Assembly (NCBI GenBank): GCA_029547805.1
Contig: JAKPOP010000015.1
Span: 21,556 to 85,555 of the forward strand
Direction of reading: 5' to 3'
Length of the DNA: 64,000 bases
Source: Deltaproteobacteria bacterium
Lineage (GTDB): Bacteria; Myxococcota_A; UBA9042; DTJE01
The notes beneath the pieces are model-generated. The model was not told the DNA's origin. It did not search any database and saw only the letters and a program-made list of their open reading frames with translations. The translations under genes were made by a program, and so were the position numbers. Below, piece after piece: positions 9,733-19,254 of the stretch; the stretch's first letter is position 1; every line of letters starts with the position of its first letter.

Positions 9733-9943
9733 CCCGAGCGATCTCCCTGGTTCTTCTGGCCGGTCCCCGGGCCCGAGGGGACGACGGCGACCCGAACACC
9801 GACGGAACCGGGCGCTCCCTCGAAAGGTCCCCCGATGCCGGCATCGACCGTCGGGGATTGTCAACGGAGAGGTCACCGGCCATGCTTCCCGGCAGCCTGG
9901 TACGGCGGTCGCCGAGGGTGCCCGCCCCGGGGCCTGGGGGTGG

Positions 9944-10822
9944 ATGGAGGAGACCGTGGAGGCCTGCGGCAAGGCCATTCTGAACGGCGAGCATTTCGTC
10001 CTCCATGGATCGTCGGCCCTGGCGGTCCCCCTCCGGCGGGTCCGGCTCCGCCTGCGTACCGGGGGCGTCACCGGCGACCCCCGAATCGTGGCGGCCTGGT
10101 GCGCGGCCTGGGACCTCTTCGGACTCGCGGCCCACCCGTCCGGCCCGGCTCCCTTCACCATCGACAGCGACATCCCCCTCGGGGCTGGGATCGGGTCCAG
10201 CGCTGCCCTCTCGGTGGCCCTGGTCCGCTGGGCGGCGACCCAGGTCCAGCAGGCGCCCGGGCCCGCCGAGGTGGCCCGGTGGGCCCGGCTCGTCGAGGAC
10301 CTGTTCCATCGGCCGTCCAGTGGCCTGGACCCGGCGGTCGTGGCCTACGAGACCCCCCTGTACTGGCATCCCCCTGCAGCGCCGGTCGCCCTGCCCTGGC
10401 CCTTCCCGGACCTGGACGTGCTGGTGGCCATGGCCCCTGGCACCCGATCGACCGCCGAGGCCGTGGCCCGGGTGCGGGAGTTCGCCAGGACCCATCCCGA
10501 GGACTTCGATTCCTTGAAGGCCCGTTCCGAGGACCTGACCCTCCGTCTGGTCGATTCCCTGACCCGAGGCACCCCGCCCCAGAGAACCTGGCTTCGACAG
10601 GCCCACGGGATGCTCCGGGTCCTGGGTCTGTCCTCCCCGGCCATCGAGGACCTGGTTCGGGCCATGGAGTCCGCCGGGGCCCTGGGCGCGAAGATCTCCG
10701 GGGCCGGAATGGCCGGGGCCGTCCTGGCGCTGGTCCCGGTCCGGGATCGGGACCGGGTGGCTCGGGCGGCCATGTCCGCCGGGGCCCTGGCCACCTTCCC
10801 CGGAGACCTTCCGCTGCGATAG
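9944..10822 (+). CDS. mvk: Mevalonate kinase (GHMP kinase family)
   Basis: The N-terminal CGKAILNGEHFVLHG, the GHMP motif PLGAGIGSSAALSVA and the C-terminal GAKISGAGMAGAV support the call. It sits in the mevalonate gene cluster. Confidence 0.85.
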   Translation: MEETVEACGKAILNGEHFVLHGSSALAVPLRRVRLRLRTGGVTGDPRIVAAWCAAWDLFGLAAHPSGPAPFTIDSDIPLGAGIGSSAALSVALVRWAATQVQQAPGPAEVARWARLVEDLFHRPSSGLDPAVVAYETPLYWHPPAAPVALPWPFPDLDVLVAMAPGTRSTAEAVARVREFARTHPEDFDSLKARSEDLTLRLVDSLTRGTPPQRTWLRQAHGMLRVLGLSSPAIEDLVRAMESAGALGAKISGAGMAGAVLALVPVRDRDRVARAAMSAGALATFPGDLPLR

Positions 10823-10984
10823 GCGGACCCGAGCACTGGACGAGGTCTTCGACCAGGTCCCCGACGAGATCCCCGAGTCCCCATCGGCGTCTTCGATTTC
10901 ACAGCAACCTCCCGTTGATTGAGAAGACACCCCGGCCGTGCGGCGATCGCGAGAGCGGCGACAGGGCCCGAACGCCGCACGCCG

Positions 10985-11863
10985 TCAGGCGGTCCTCTCC
11001 ACGAAGAGTGCCGCGATGGCCCGCAGGGATTCCGCCTGGGGTCCGAAGGGCTGGAGGTCCGCCAGGGCATCCCGGACCAGGGCCTCGCCCAGGTGCCTCG
11101 CTCCCTCGATTCCCAGGAGGGTGACCATCGTGGTCTTGCCCTGGGCCTGGTCCTTCCCGGGGGTCTTCCCGAGGATCTCGGCGGTGGAGGTGACATCGAG
11201 GAGGTCATCCACGACCTGGAAGGCCAGTCCCAGGCGATCGGCACAGCGGGTCAGGATCGCCAGGTCGCGCGGGTCCGCACGGCCCAGCAGGGCGCCACAG
11301 CGCACGGCCGCACGGATCAGGGCCCCGGTCTTGCAGCGATGGAGGGTCTCCAGGTCGGCCCTCGAGATGGCCCGGCCCGTCGCCAGGAGGTCCAGGACCT
11401 GGCCCCCGACCATCCCGGCGGGACCGGCGGCCTCGGCGATCTCGCGCACCACCGCAATGCCCGTGGCATCGTCCGTTCCCCCGTAGGCCCGGGCCAGCAC
11501 GGCGAAGGCCTCCGTGAGCAGGGCGTCCCCCGCCAGGATGGCCATCGCCTCCCCGAAGCGTCGATGACAGGTCGGGCGGCCCCGCCGGAGGTCGTCGTCG
11601 TCCATCGCCGGCAGGTCATCGTGGATCAGCGAGTAGGTATGAATCATCTCCAGTGCGCAGGCCGCAGGCATCGGGTCCAATCCGTCCGGGAAGAGGCGTC
11701 GGGTCGCCAGGACGAGCAGGGGTCGCAGGCGCTTGCCCCCGTCCAGCAGAGACCAGGCCATCGCCTCCCGAAGGTCCGGCGGCGCGCCACTCTGGTCCAG
11801 CACCTCCCGGAGCGCCGCCTCGACCGGTTCCCGCATCGCCCGCAGGATTGCCGGCATTTCCAT
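10985..11863 (-). CDS. Polyprenyl diphosphate synthase (FPP/GGPP synthase family)
   Basis: Both Asp-rich motifs are present: LIHDDLPAMDDDDLRRGRPT and FQVVDDLLD. The start is at Met 11863 (MEMPAILRAM...), preceded by GGAGGAG. The longer ORF to 12064 is an unlikely N-terminal extension. Confidence 0.9.
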   Translation of the reverse strand: MEMPAILRAMREPVEAALREVLDQSGAPPDLREAMAWSLLDGGKRLRPLLVLATRRLFPDGLDPMPAACALEMIHTYSLIHDDLPAMDDDDLRRGRPTCHRRFGEAMAILAGDALLTEAFAVLARAYGGTDDATGIAVVREIAEAAGPAGMVGGQVLDLLATGRAISRADLETLHRCKTGALIRAAVRCGALLGRADPRDLAILTRCADRLGLAFQVVDDLLDVTSTAEILGKTPGKDQAQGKTTMVTLLGIEGARHLGEALVRDALADLQPFGPQAESLRAIAALFVERTA

Positions 11864-12035
11864 CGTCTCCTCCTGCCCCGAGGGCTCCTGTCCTCCCGAT
11901 GCCCGCCAGCAGGAACCCTGCCCCTCTCGGGGGTCTCCGGGTCCCCCATCTCCGCGCTTGCCTCCGGGCGGTTCGGTGGGATGATAGCACCCGCTGGCAT
12001 GGCTTCTGCTGGCGGTCCCGACGGAGGTCACGCCC

Positions 12036-13115
12036 ATGGACGTCCGGCCCATCGAACAACGCAAACGAGACCACCTGGAGCCGTTTCGCGGTCCTGGAGT
12101 CCCTGCCCGGGAGGCCTCGACCTGGCTCTCCTGCGTGCACCTGATCCATCAGGCCCTGCCGGAGTTGGACCTCCGGGACGTGGATCTCACGGTGGACTTC
12201 CTGGGCCATCGCCTCCGGGCCCCCCTCTGGGTGACCGGGATGACCGGGGGCACCCCCGAGGCCCGCCGGATCAACCAGGAGATCGCCCGGGTCTGCGACG
12301 ACCTGGGAATCGCCTTCGGCCTGGGAAGCCAGCGGGCGATGGTCGTGGACCCCTCGACCCAGGAGACCTATCAGGTCCGGGAGGTGGCCCCGACGGTGCT
12401 GCTGGCGGGCAACCTCGGAGGCGTCCAACTGGCCCGGATGCCCCTCGAAGCGGTGCGGCGCCTGATCGACGACGTGGGGGCCGACGCCCTCTGCGTCCAC
12501 CTGAACCCCGCCCAGGAACTGGCCCAGCCCGAGGGAGACCGGGACTTTCGGGGGATCGCCGAGGCCATCGCCCGGGCCTGTCGGGAACTGCCGGTGCCCG
12601 TGATCGTCAAGGAGGTCGGCTGCGGGATCTCCCGAGAGGCGGCCCGGCGGCTGGTCGAGGCGGGCGTCTCGGCCCTGGACGTCGCCGGGACCGGCGGGAC
12701 CTCCTGGGTGGGGCTGGAGATCGGTCGGGGTCCGGACTCCGGGGAGCCGGACCCCGAGGCCTTCTGGGACTGGGGCATCCCCACCGCCGCGGCAATCGTG
12801 GAGGCGGAGGGGATGGGAGTGCCCCTCATCGCCTCCGGCGGCATCCGGACCGCCCTGGACGCCCTGCGGGCACTGGCCCTGGGAGCCACCATGGTGGGCC
12901 TGGCGGCCCCGGTGATCCAGGCCTGGTTCCAGGGCGGTCAGGACGCCGTCCGACGGCGACTGGCGAGCCTCATCGACTGGATCGCCCGGGGAATGCTGCT
13001 CACCGGAGCCAGGAACCTGGCGGAATTGCGGAATGTTCCCCGTGTCCTGCTGCCCCCCCTGGCCGATTTCGTCCGGGAACGGCGCACCGGCCTGATCGGA
13101 GGAGAGGTCCGATGA
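12036..13115 (+). CDS. fni: Isopentenyl-diphosphate delta-isomerase, type 2 (FMN-dependent)
   Basis: MDVRPIEQRKRDHL..., WVTGMTGG, GSQRA, HLNPAQE, VIVKEVGCGIS and DVAGTGGTSW are typical IDI-2 signatures. GGAGG lies 9 nt upstream. Confidence 0.92.
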   Translation: MDVRPIEQRKRDHLEPFRGPGVPAREASTWLSCVHLIHQALPELDLRDVDLTVDFLGHRLRAPLWVTGMTGGTPEARRINQEIARVCDDLGIAFGLGSQRAMVVDPSTQETYQVREVAPTVLLAGNLGGVQLARMPLEAVRRLIDDVGADALCVHLNPAQELAQPEGDRDFRGIAEAIARACRELPVPVIVKEVGCGISREAARRLVEAGVSALDVAGTGGTSWVGLEIGRGPDSGEPDPEAFWDWGIPTAAAIVEAEGMGVPLIASGGIRTALDALRALALGATMVGLAAPVIQAWFQGGQDAVRRRLASLIDWIARGMLLTGARNLAELRNVPRVLLPPLADFVRERRTGLIGGEVR

Positions 13116-14095
13116 CCCGAAGCGCCCTGGCCGTGGCCCGGCCCAACATCGCCCTGATCAAGTACTGGGGGAAGCGAGACCGAGACCGCAACCTCCCGGC
13201 CACCGGGAGTCTCTCCCTGACCCTCTCGGGGATGTCCACCCGCACCCGGGTGACCTTCCGGGACGACCTCCCCCAGGACCACCTCGTGCTGGACGGGCAA
13301 CTGGCGTCGCCCGAGGCCCATGCGCGGGTCATCCGGGTGCTGGACCAGGTCCGGAGGCTGTCGGGAATCACAACCCCCGCCGAGGTCTTCTCGGACAACG
13401 ACTTCCCCACGGCGGCGGGCCTCGCCTCCTCGGCCTCGGGGATGGCGGCCCTGGCCGTTGCCGCCTCCCGGGCCGCAGGCCTGGACCTGGACCTGGGGAC
13501 CCTGGCGGGCCTCGCCCGGATGGGATCCGGTTCGGCGCCCCGCAGCCTCCTGGGGGGTCTCGTGTGGCTGCCCCGAGGCGAGGATCCCGAGGGCCTCGAC
13601 TGCGTGCCCCAATGCCTGCATCCCCCGGAGGAGGTCCCCTGGGGTCTGGTGATGGCCTGGACCGGCCGGGGTCCCAAGGCCGTCGGGTCCACCGACGGGA
13701 TGGAGCACACCCGCCTCTCGTCTCCCTACTACGATGCCTGGCTGGACCAGTCACGGCGGGACCTGGAACAGGCGCTGGTCCATGCGAGGGCCCTGGACCT
13801 GTCGGCCCTGGGACCCCTGGTGGAGGCCAATGCCTTTGCAATGCACGCCTGTGCCCTGGCCGCCCGCCCGCCCCTGCGCTACTGGAATGGCACGACCCTC
13901 GCGGTGATGGACCAGGTCCTCGTGCTTCGGCGGTCGGGCCTGCGAGGCTGGATGACCATCGATGCAGGACCCCACGTCAAGGTCCTGTGTCCCCGGGAGG
14001 ACGCCGAGACCTGGGCCGAGGCCCTGGCCCGGGTGCCGGGGGTCCTGGAGGTGCGCCAGGAGGTCCCGGGCCCGGGAGTGGAGGCTGCTCCATGA
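13112..14095 (+). CDS. mvaD: Diphosphomevalonate decarboxylase
   Basis: MTRSALAVARPNIALIKYWGKRD...NDFPTAAGLASSASGMAALA...MGSGSAPRS. There is an ATGA overlap with the fni stop. It occupies the C-terminal part of the artefactually long ORF 10919..14095. Confidence 0.92.
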   Translation: MTRSALAVARPNIALIKYWGKRDRDRNLPATGSLSLTLSGMSTRTRVTFRDDLPQDHLVLDGQLASPEAHARVIRVLDQVRRLSGITTPAEVFSDNDFPTAAGLASSASGMAALAVAASRAAGLDLDLGTLAGLARMGSGSAPRSLLGGLVWLPRGEDPEGLDCVPQCLHPPEEVPWGLVMAWTGRGPKAVGSTDGMEHTRLSSPYYDAWLDQSRRDLEQALVHARALDLSALGPLVEANAFAMHACALAARPPLRYWNGTTLAVMDQVLVLRRSGLRGWMTIDAGPHVKVLCPREDAETWAEALARVPGVLEVRQEVPGPGVEAAP

Positions 14096-15018
14096 CCATC
14101 CGGGTGCCCGGCAAGGCCTTCCTGTTCGGGGAATATGCGGTGCTCTTCGGGGCTCCCGCGGCGGTGATGGCCATTCGACGCCATGTTCGGGTGACCCCCG
14201 CCCCCGCCGGAACCCGGATGGCGCCACTGGTCCTGGCCGGGCGACGGCAGGCCCTGGCCTTCCTGGGGCGGTCCGAGGACCTGGCCCCCTGGGTGGCCGA
14301 TTCCTCGGGGTTCGAGGATGCCCGGGGCAAACTGGGACTGGGGAGTTCGTCGGCGGTGGCCGTGGGAGCCGTGGCCTCGGTCTTCGTGGAGGCCGGACTG
14401 GACCTCCGGGACCCGGCGATTCGACGACAGATTCGGACGCTGGCCCGGGCAGTCCATGACCGACACCAGGGGCAGCCGGGCAGCGGGGCCGACGTGTCGG
14501 CGGCCGTCCATGGAGGGCGGCTGATCCATCGTCGGGACGCTCCGGAACCCCTTCCCTGGACCCCTCCCCAGGGCCTGGAGGTTCGATTTGCCCGGTGCGA
14601 CCGCCCGGCCTCGACCGCGGACCGGATCGAGGTCCTGCACCGAGTCCGCGCCCAGGCCCCGGACCGCGTGAACGGCCCACTGGACCGAGCCCGGGACCTC
14701 GCGGAGGCCCTGGCTCGGGAGTCCCGGGACCTGGGGGCCTTTCTCCGTTCGGCGGAGGACTTCACCGGGGCCCTGATGGACCTGGGAACGGCCCTGGACC
14801 AACCCATGCTGGGATTGCCGGACGCCCGTCTCCGGGAGGCGGTTCAACGCCGCGGGGGCGTCCTGAAGCCGTCCGGGGCCGGTGGGGGGGACCTGCTGGT
14901 GGCCTTCCTCCCCGCGCCGGTGGCACCCCTGGAGTGGCGCCGTCTGGTGTGGGAATCCGGACTCCAACCCCTGGACCTGTCATTGGACGAGACGGGTGTC
15001 TTCCTGGAAGGAGCGTGA
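14092..15018 (+). CDS. Phosphomevalonate kinase (GHMP family)
   Basis: MTIRVPGKAFLFGEYAVL..., KLGLGSSSAVAVG, and KPSGAGGGD near the C-terminus. There is an ATGA overlap with the mvaD stop. Confidence 0.85.
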   Translation: MTIRVPGKAFLFGEYAVLFGAPAAVMAIRRHVRVTPAPAGTRMAPLVLAGRRQALAFLGRSEDLAPWVADSSGFEDARGKLGLGSSSAVAVGAVASVFVEAGLDLRDPAIRRQIRTLARAVHDRHQGQPGSGADVSAAVHGGRLIHRRDAPEPLPWTPPQGLEVRFARCDRPASTADRIEVLHRVRAQAPDRVNGPLDRARDLAEALARESRDLGAFLRSAEDFTGALMDLGTALDQPMLGLPDARLREAVQRRGGVLKPSGAGGGDLLVAFLPAPVAPLEWRRLVWESGLQPLDLSLDETGVFLEGA

Positions 15019-15021
15019 CCG

Positions 15022-16209
15022 ATGACGCAGCCCATCGACAGCCGCAGACCCGGCTGGCATCGTCTGTCGCCGGCCCAGCGCCGGGAGGCCCTGGCCCTGG
15101 ACCTAGACATCCCCCCGTCGGCCCTCGACGAGGCCCTGACCCACGGTGGCCTGTCCCTGGAGGCCGCCGACCGGATGGTCGAAGACGTGGTCGGGACCCT
15201 CAGCCTTCCCTTTGCCGTGGCCCCGAACTTTCGCATCGACGGGCGAGACGTCCTGGTCCCGATGGTGGTCGAGGAGGCCTCGGTCGTTGCCGCGGCGGCC
15301 CATGCGGCCCGGATGGTCCGGAAGGGCGGGGGCTTCCGGACCCTTGCCGATCCCCCCATCACCATCGGCCAGATCCAGATCTTCTGCCCGGACCCCGAGG
15401 AGGCAGCCCTCCGGGTGCTGGCCCTCCGGGAGGAGGCGCTGGACCTGGCCCGGGGTCTGGACCCGACGCTCGTGAGCCTGGGGGGAGGACCGCGGGACCT
15501 GGAGGTCCGGCCCTTCCCGGCAGCCCCCCCCGAGGAGTCCTTCCTGGTGGTGCATCTGCTGGTGGACACCCGGGACGCCATGGGGGCCAACGCCGTGAAC
15601 ACGATGAACGAGGCCCTGGCGCCTTTCCTGGCAGACCGGGTCGGCGGCCGCATCGGTCTCCGGATCCTCTCGAACCTGGCGGATCGGCGGAAGGTTCGGG
15701 TCGAGGCCCGGGTTCCCCTGGAGGCCCTGCAGGCCCCGGGATTCACCCCCGAGGAGGTCCGGGACGGCATCGTGGCGGCCTCCCGCTTTGCCGAGCGGGA
15801 CCCCTACCGGGCCGCCACGCACAACAAGGGGATCCTCAACGGCACCGACGCCGTGGTGCTGGCCACGGGCAACGACTGGCGCGCCGTCGAGGCCGGAGCC
15901 CATGCCTATGCGGCCCGAACCGGACGCTATGGCCCCCTCTGCACCTGGCATCGGGACGGGGACGACCTCCAGGGAGTCCTGGAGATGCCGGTCCAGGTGG
16001 GGCTGGTGGGGGGCGCCACCCGGGTGCATCCCGGGGCCCGCCTCGCCCTGCGGATCCTCGGCGTGACCACGGCGATGGAACTGGCGGCGGTGGCCGCTGC
16101 GACCGGGATGGCGAACAACCTCACGGCCCTCCGCGCCCTGGCCACCGAGGGCATTCAGGCGGGACACATGCGGCTGCACCGCCGAAGCCGGGACCTGGAG
16201 GTCCCATGA
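15022..16209 (+). CDS. mvaA: HMG-CoA reductase, class II (degradative/bacterial type)
   Basis: MVEDVVGTLSLPFAVAPNFRIDGRDVLVPMVVEEASVVAAAAHAA..., DAMGANAVNTM, ATHNKGILNG and VGLVGG are class-II HMGR signatures. Confidence 0.92.
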   Translation: MTQPIDSRRPGWHRLSPAQRREALALDLDIPPSALDEALTHGGLSLEAADRMVEDVVGTLSLPFAVAPNFRIDGRDVLVPMVVEEASVVAAAAHAARMVRKGGGFRTLADPPITIGQIQIFCPDPEEAALRVLALREEALDLARGLDPTLVSLGGGPRDLEVRPFPAAPPEESFLVVHLLVDTRDAMGANAVNTMNEALAPFLADRVGGRIGLRILSNLADRRKVRVEARVPLEALQAPGFTPEEVRDGIVAASRFAERDPYRAATHNKGILNGTDAVVLATGNDWRAVEAGAHAYAARTGRYGPLCTWHRDGDDLQGVLEMPVQVGLVGGATRVHPGARLALRILGVTTAMELAAVAAATGMANNLTALRALATEGIQAGHMRLHRRSRDLEVP

Positions 16210-16540
16210 CCCCCGCCGCCCCCTGGCCCTTCGATGTCCTCCCCTGGGATCTCCGGACCTTCCCCGAGGACGGATCCATCTGCCGGACTCCGATTTCCAG
16301 AACCTGAGGCTGGACCGGGGGAGGTGCTTTCGGGAACCGCCCAACGGCCGTCCTGCGCATGCGACGACCTGATGGACAAGACACCGGATCCCGATCGGGC
16401 CCGCCGGGAGATTCGGGCGCGAGATCGGGTCCACCGGCTCCCCGGCGAAACACGCCTCATCGCGGGCAATGTCCGAGGCCTCTACCACCGCCTGTCATTC
16501 CGGACTCCGGGAGACCCGGGCCGTCGTTTCACCGGGCATC

Positions 16541-17656
16541 TCATTCGCCCCGGAGGTCGGTGGAGACCTCCTGGACCTCCATCTCGATATAGGCGTAGTC
16601 CCCTGCCGGCGCGGCGTAGCGGGCCTCGCCGACGGCGGCCAGCCGGAACGGTCCCATCGTCCGGTACTCCTGGATGGGCGTGGACCAGCGCTGGGGGAGC
16701 AATGTCCTTCCGTCCTCGGCCAGGGCCGGGCGGTCGTCGGACTGAAAGTCCACCAGGGCGCCGGAGTCGTCGAAGACCAGGAGCGCCCGAACCAGATGGG
16801 GGCCCTTCTGCCAGGTGGCCTCCGCCCGGTGGTCGTCCACCGACCGCCACTGGATCGGCAGGTCCACCAGGACGCCCGGGGCGAAGAGGCAGGCGTCGTT
16901 GAGCAGGGTGACCGTCTCGCCACGGGTCATCTGGGGCCCCGACAGGGTCACCACGGGAAGCAGCGAGAGCAGGCGGATGCGCATCGAGGCGCCGTCCTCG
17001 CCGTAGGCGTGCAGCCCGCCCACGGGCAGGCCGCCCCGGGTGGCCTCGATCCAGAAATAGCGCCGGGGCGGGTCGTAGAAGTTGTATTGCTCGGCGGTGA
17101 ATGGCATCCAGGACGCCGTGGCCGCCCCCCGGATGCGGCCCGACATGCGGGCCCGAAACCCCTGGACCCTGGGTGTTCCGACGACGCCCGCAAATCGCAG
17201 GTAACGCTGGACCGGGGCCGGCAGCGGCGACAGGTCCTCGTCGGTGATGACCGGCGGTCGAGGCCGGGTGGACATCTCCTTCAGGCCGCTTTGGACCAGC
17301 CGGTCGTATTCGTCCCGGAGCCCGAAGGGACCCCAGGCGAAGGCGCCATGGATCACCGCCAGGGCCAGCACGGCGTTCGCGATCGTGCCGAAGCGGGCGT
17401 CGTTCCAGGCGGAGACGATGACGGCCTGGGAGACGATCAGCCCCGCCAGGCCCATCAGCCAGAACCAGCGGGGGGCCAGGAACATCCCGGCCACGGCCCC
17501 CAGCAGCGTCAACCCGGCGACCAGCCAGACCACCCCCATCGGCCGGCTGATGGGCATCTTCAGTTCCTCCAGGGCCGCCAGGTCGAAGGCCTTCGCGAAA
17601 CCCAGGAAGTGGATCAGGGCATGAACGGCGATCCACGCTGCGATGGCGATCCGCAT
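16541..17656 (-). CDS. Conserved membrane-anchored protein of unknown function (N-terminal ~4 TM helices plus a soluble domain; possibly DUF6544-like)
   Basis: The ORF is 16541..17692. Coding-like composition contrasts with the shadow ORFs. The hydrophobic N-terminus is MRIAIAAWIAVHALIHFLGF...GVVWLVAGLTLLGAV. I recognised no catalytic motif. The family assignment is from memory only. Confidence 0.6.
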   Translation of the reverse strand: MRIAIAAWIAVHALIHFLGFAKAFDLAALEELKMPISRPMGVVWLVAGLTLLGAVAGMFLAPRWFWLMGLAGLIVSQAVIVSAWNDARFGTIANAVLALAVIHGAFAWGPFGLRDEYDRLVQSGLKEMSTRPRPPVITDEDLSPLPAPVQRYLRFAGVVGTPRVQGFRARMSGRIRGAATASWMPFTAEQYNFYDPPRRYFWIEATRGGLPVGGLHAYGEDGASMRIRLLSLLPVVTLSGPQMTRGETVTLLNDACLFAPGVLVDLPIQWRSVDDHRAEATWQKGPHLVRALLVFDDSGALVDFQSDDRPALAEDGRTLLPQRWSTPIQEYRTMGPFRLAAVGEARYAAPAGDYAYIEMEVQEVSTDLRGE

Positions 17657-17761
17657 GGGCACCTCCGTCGGGTCTGCCGGTACCCCTGGCATCCTCCTGG
17701 AACCAAGGACCTTCTTCCATGTGGAAAGGAGGCCCCGGACGTCAGAAGTGGGGTCCTGCCC

Positions 17762-18358
17762 TCAGGGAGACCGTCGGTGGCCAATGCCTCCCCAGGATCC
17801 TCGATACCGGGACTCCAGACGTTGCAGGATCGCGACGGCCTCTTCGGCCGAGTCGAACCCGTACACGCGATCCTCCGGGATTTCCGGGTACCGGATGCGC
17901 CCATCGACCGGTCGATCGGCCAGCCGGCCGCTCCATCCGCCACCGCGCCAGGCGATGACCAGGCGCTGCATCTGCCAGGCCAGGGCCATCTCCGACAAGG
18001 TCCCTGCCCCACCCCCGATGGCGATCAGCGCGTCGGCATGGGCCACCAGGACGTTCCGGGCGATGTCGAGGCCCGTGGGCAGCGCGATGTCCACGAAGGG
18101 ATTTGCCGCGTCGGGAGCATGTCCCGGCAGAATCCCCAGGACCAGACCCTCGCGCCAGGCCGCCGAGGACCGGGCTCCCCGGCAGGCGGCCTCCATCACC
18201 CCGCCGAGCCCACCGGTGAGCAGCCGATGGCCCGCATCGACCAGTCGTCGACCGACCTCGAAGGCAAGACGGCCCTCGGGGGACTCCGGCTCCGCTCCGG
18301 CATCGCCGGCCACTGCGATCAGCCTGAGACGCGGGGGCCCCTTCGGCAACTCGTCCAT
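17762..18358 (-). CDS. LOG / TIGR00725-type Rossmann protein (lysine-decarboxylase-like nucleotide-binding family)
   Basis: LTGGLGGVMEAACRGA and IAIGGGAGTLSEMALAW (the PGGxGTxxE-like LOG signature). The start is at Met 18358 (MDELPKG), preceded by GGAGG. Confidence 0.7.
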   Translation of the reverse strand: MDELPKGPPRLRLIAVAGDAGAEPESPEGRLAFEVGRRLVDAGHRLLTGGLGGVMEAACRGARSSAAWREGLVLGILPGHAPDAANPFVDIALPTGLDIARNVLVAHADALIAIGGGAGTLSEMALAWQMQRLVIAWRGGGWSGRLADRPVDGRIRYPEIPEDRVYGFDSAEEAVAILQRLESRYRGSWGGIGHRRSP

Positions 18359-18548
18359 CGTCCCACCTCCCTGCCCCGGACCGGCGAATCCCTGAAGGCC
18401 CGGTTCTCGCGGCCGCAGTCTAGGCCGTCCCCGAGAACCGGTCGAGACCCCGAGCATCGATCGATCCCCCCGACGGGGAAGCCCCATCCCTGGGCCGGGA
18501 CGGGGCCATCCCAACCTCACGGGGGGCCCCCGACGGCCCGGCGTCGCA

Positions 18549-18577
18549 TTGACATGCGTTATGCACACTGCTACATA
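18549..18577 (+). promoter_or_regulatory. Sigma-70-like promoter (TTGACA-N17-TACATA)
   Basis: A consensus -35 TTGACA at 18549..18554, a 17-nt spacer, and TACATA at 18572..18577. It lies in a locally AT-richer patch ~35 nt upstream of the start codon at 18613. A 7-bp inverted repeat, CGTTATG (18557..18563) / CATAACG (18574..18580), overlaps it. Confidence 0.5.
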
Positions 18578-18612
18578 ACGTCCCGGTGGCCGGCGGGTGC
18601 CCTGGAGGACCG

Positions 18613-19254
18613 ATGATCGTCCATCGCAGTGAATCCCGGGGGTCCCCGGCGGCGGCCTGCGGTCCTGGATTCTGGCCCTGCGTGACGGCCTTCGGTGCCC
18701 TCTGGGGGTTGTCGGAGACGACCGTGGGCGCCTTCCTGCACGCGCTGCGCCTCCCGTTCACCGGCGTGCTGATGGCGTCCCTGGGCGCCGGGCTGCTCGT
18801 CGCCCAGCGGCAGGCCATGCCCCGCCGAGGCGCCTCCCTGGCCACCGGAGTGGTGGCGGCCATCTGCAAGTCCATGTCGCCGGGGGGGGTGATCCTGGGA
18901 CCGATGGTGGGCATCCTGGCCGAATCGGCCCTGGTGGAGGCGGCGTTGCTGCCGGCACCCCGCTGGTGGGCCACCGCGATGCTTGCTGGCATGTGGTCGG
19001 CCACCTGGGCGGCCTTCCAGAAGATCCTCACGCACTTCTTGCTCTACGGTGGGACCGTGCTGGACCTCTACCTCTCCCTGTTGCGCCAGGCGGCACGCAT
19101 GATCGGCCTCCCGGAAGGCGCCGGCTGGCCCCTGCTGGGAGGTCTGCTGCTGGTCATCGGGGCGGTGGGGGCGGCCGGGGGCCTCCTGGGCTGGCACATC
19201 GGCCGGGAGGGAATGGCCCGGATCACCACCGGAGACAGGGAGGTGGCGCCGTGA
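18613..19254 (+). CDS. Integral membrane protein, unknown function
   Basis: The ORF is 18586..19254. There are multiple hydrophobic segments (AFGALWGLSETTVGAFL, VLMASLGAGLLVA, LLGGLLLVIGAVGAAGGLLGW). I chose ATG 18613 because GGAGGA is at 18604..18609. Confidence 0.6.
   Translation: MIVHRSESRGSPAAACGPGFWPCVTAFGALWGLSETTVGAFLHALRLPFTGVLMASLGAGLLVAQRQAMPRRGASLATGVVAAICKSMSPGGVILGPMVGILAESALVEAALLPAPRWWATAMLAGMWSATWAAFQKILTHFLLYGGTVLDLYLSLLRQAARMIGLPEGAGWPLLGGLLLVIGAVGAAGGLLGWHIGREGMARITTGDREVAP

Noticed and set aside
9729-9983. An 84-aa ORF whose ATG overlaps the DAHPS stop (ATGA), filling the gap before mvk.
   Set aside because: Its translation is Arg/Gly/Pro-rich with no hydrophobic core or motif, and it overlaps the mvk start by 40 nt. 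It is more likely non-coding spacer or promoter. The first ~40 codons have G/C-rich third positions, so Ribo-seq could revisit this.
10937-10979. A possible terminator hairpin (GTGCGGCG ... CGCCGCAC) between the convergent mvk and polyprenyl synthase genes.
   Set aside because: The loop is ~27 nt, there is no U-tract, and the element partly overlaps the 3' end region of the synthase gene. This is not convincing as an intrinsic terminator.
10919-13111. The N-terminal 730 aa of the 1058-aa plus-strand ORF 10919..14095.
   Set aside because: Only the C-terminal 327 aa (from ATG 13112) is a recognisable protein (MvaD). The upstream part runs antisense to or out of frame with the polyprenyl synthase and fni genes, and its composition is of the shadow-frame type.
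16206-16307. A 33-aa ORF (MTPAAPWPFDVLPWDLRTFPEDGSICRTPISRT) coupled by ATGA to the mvaA stop.
   Set aside because: It is too short and has no supporting features. ATGA overlaps arise easily by chance in this sequence. I noted it only because HMG-CoA synthase is missing at this position.
16469-18616. A 715-aa plus-strand ORF spanning the DUF6544-like and LOG-like genes.
   Set aside because: It is antisense to two ORFs with protein-like composition and motifs, and its own translation is low-complexity.
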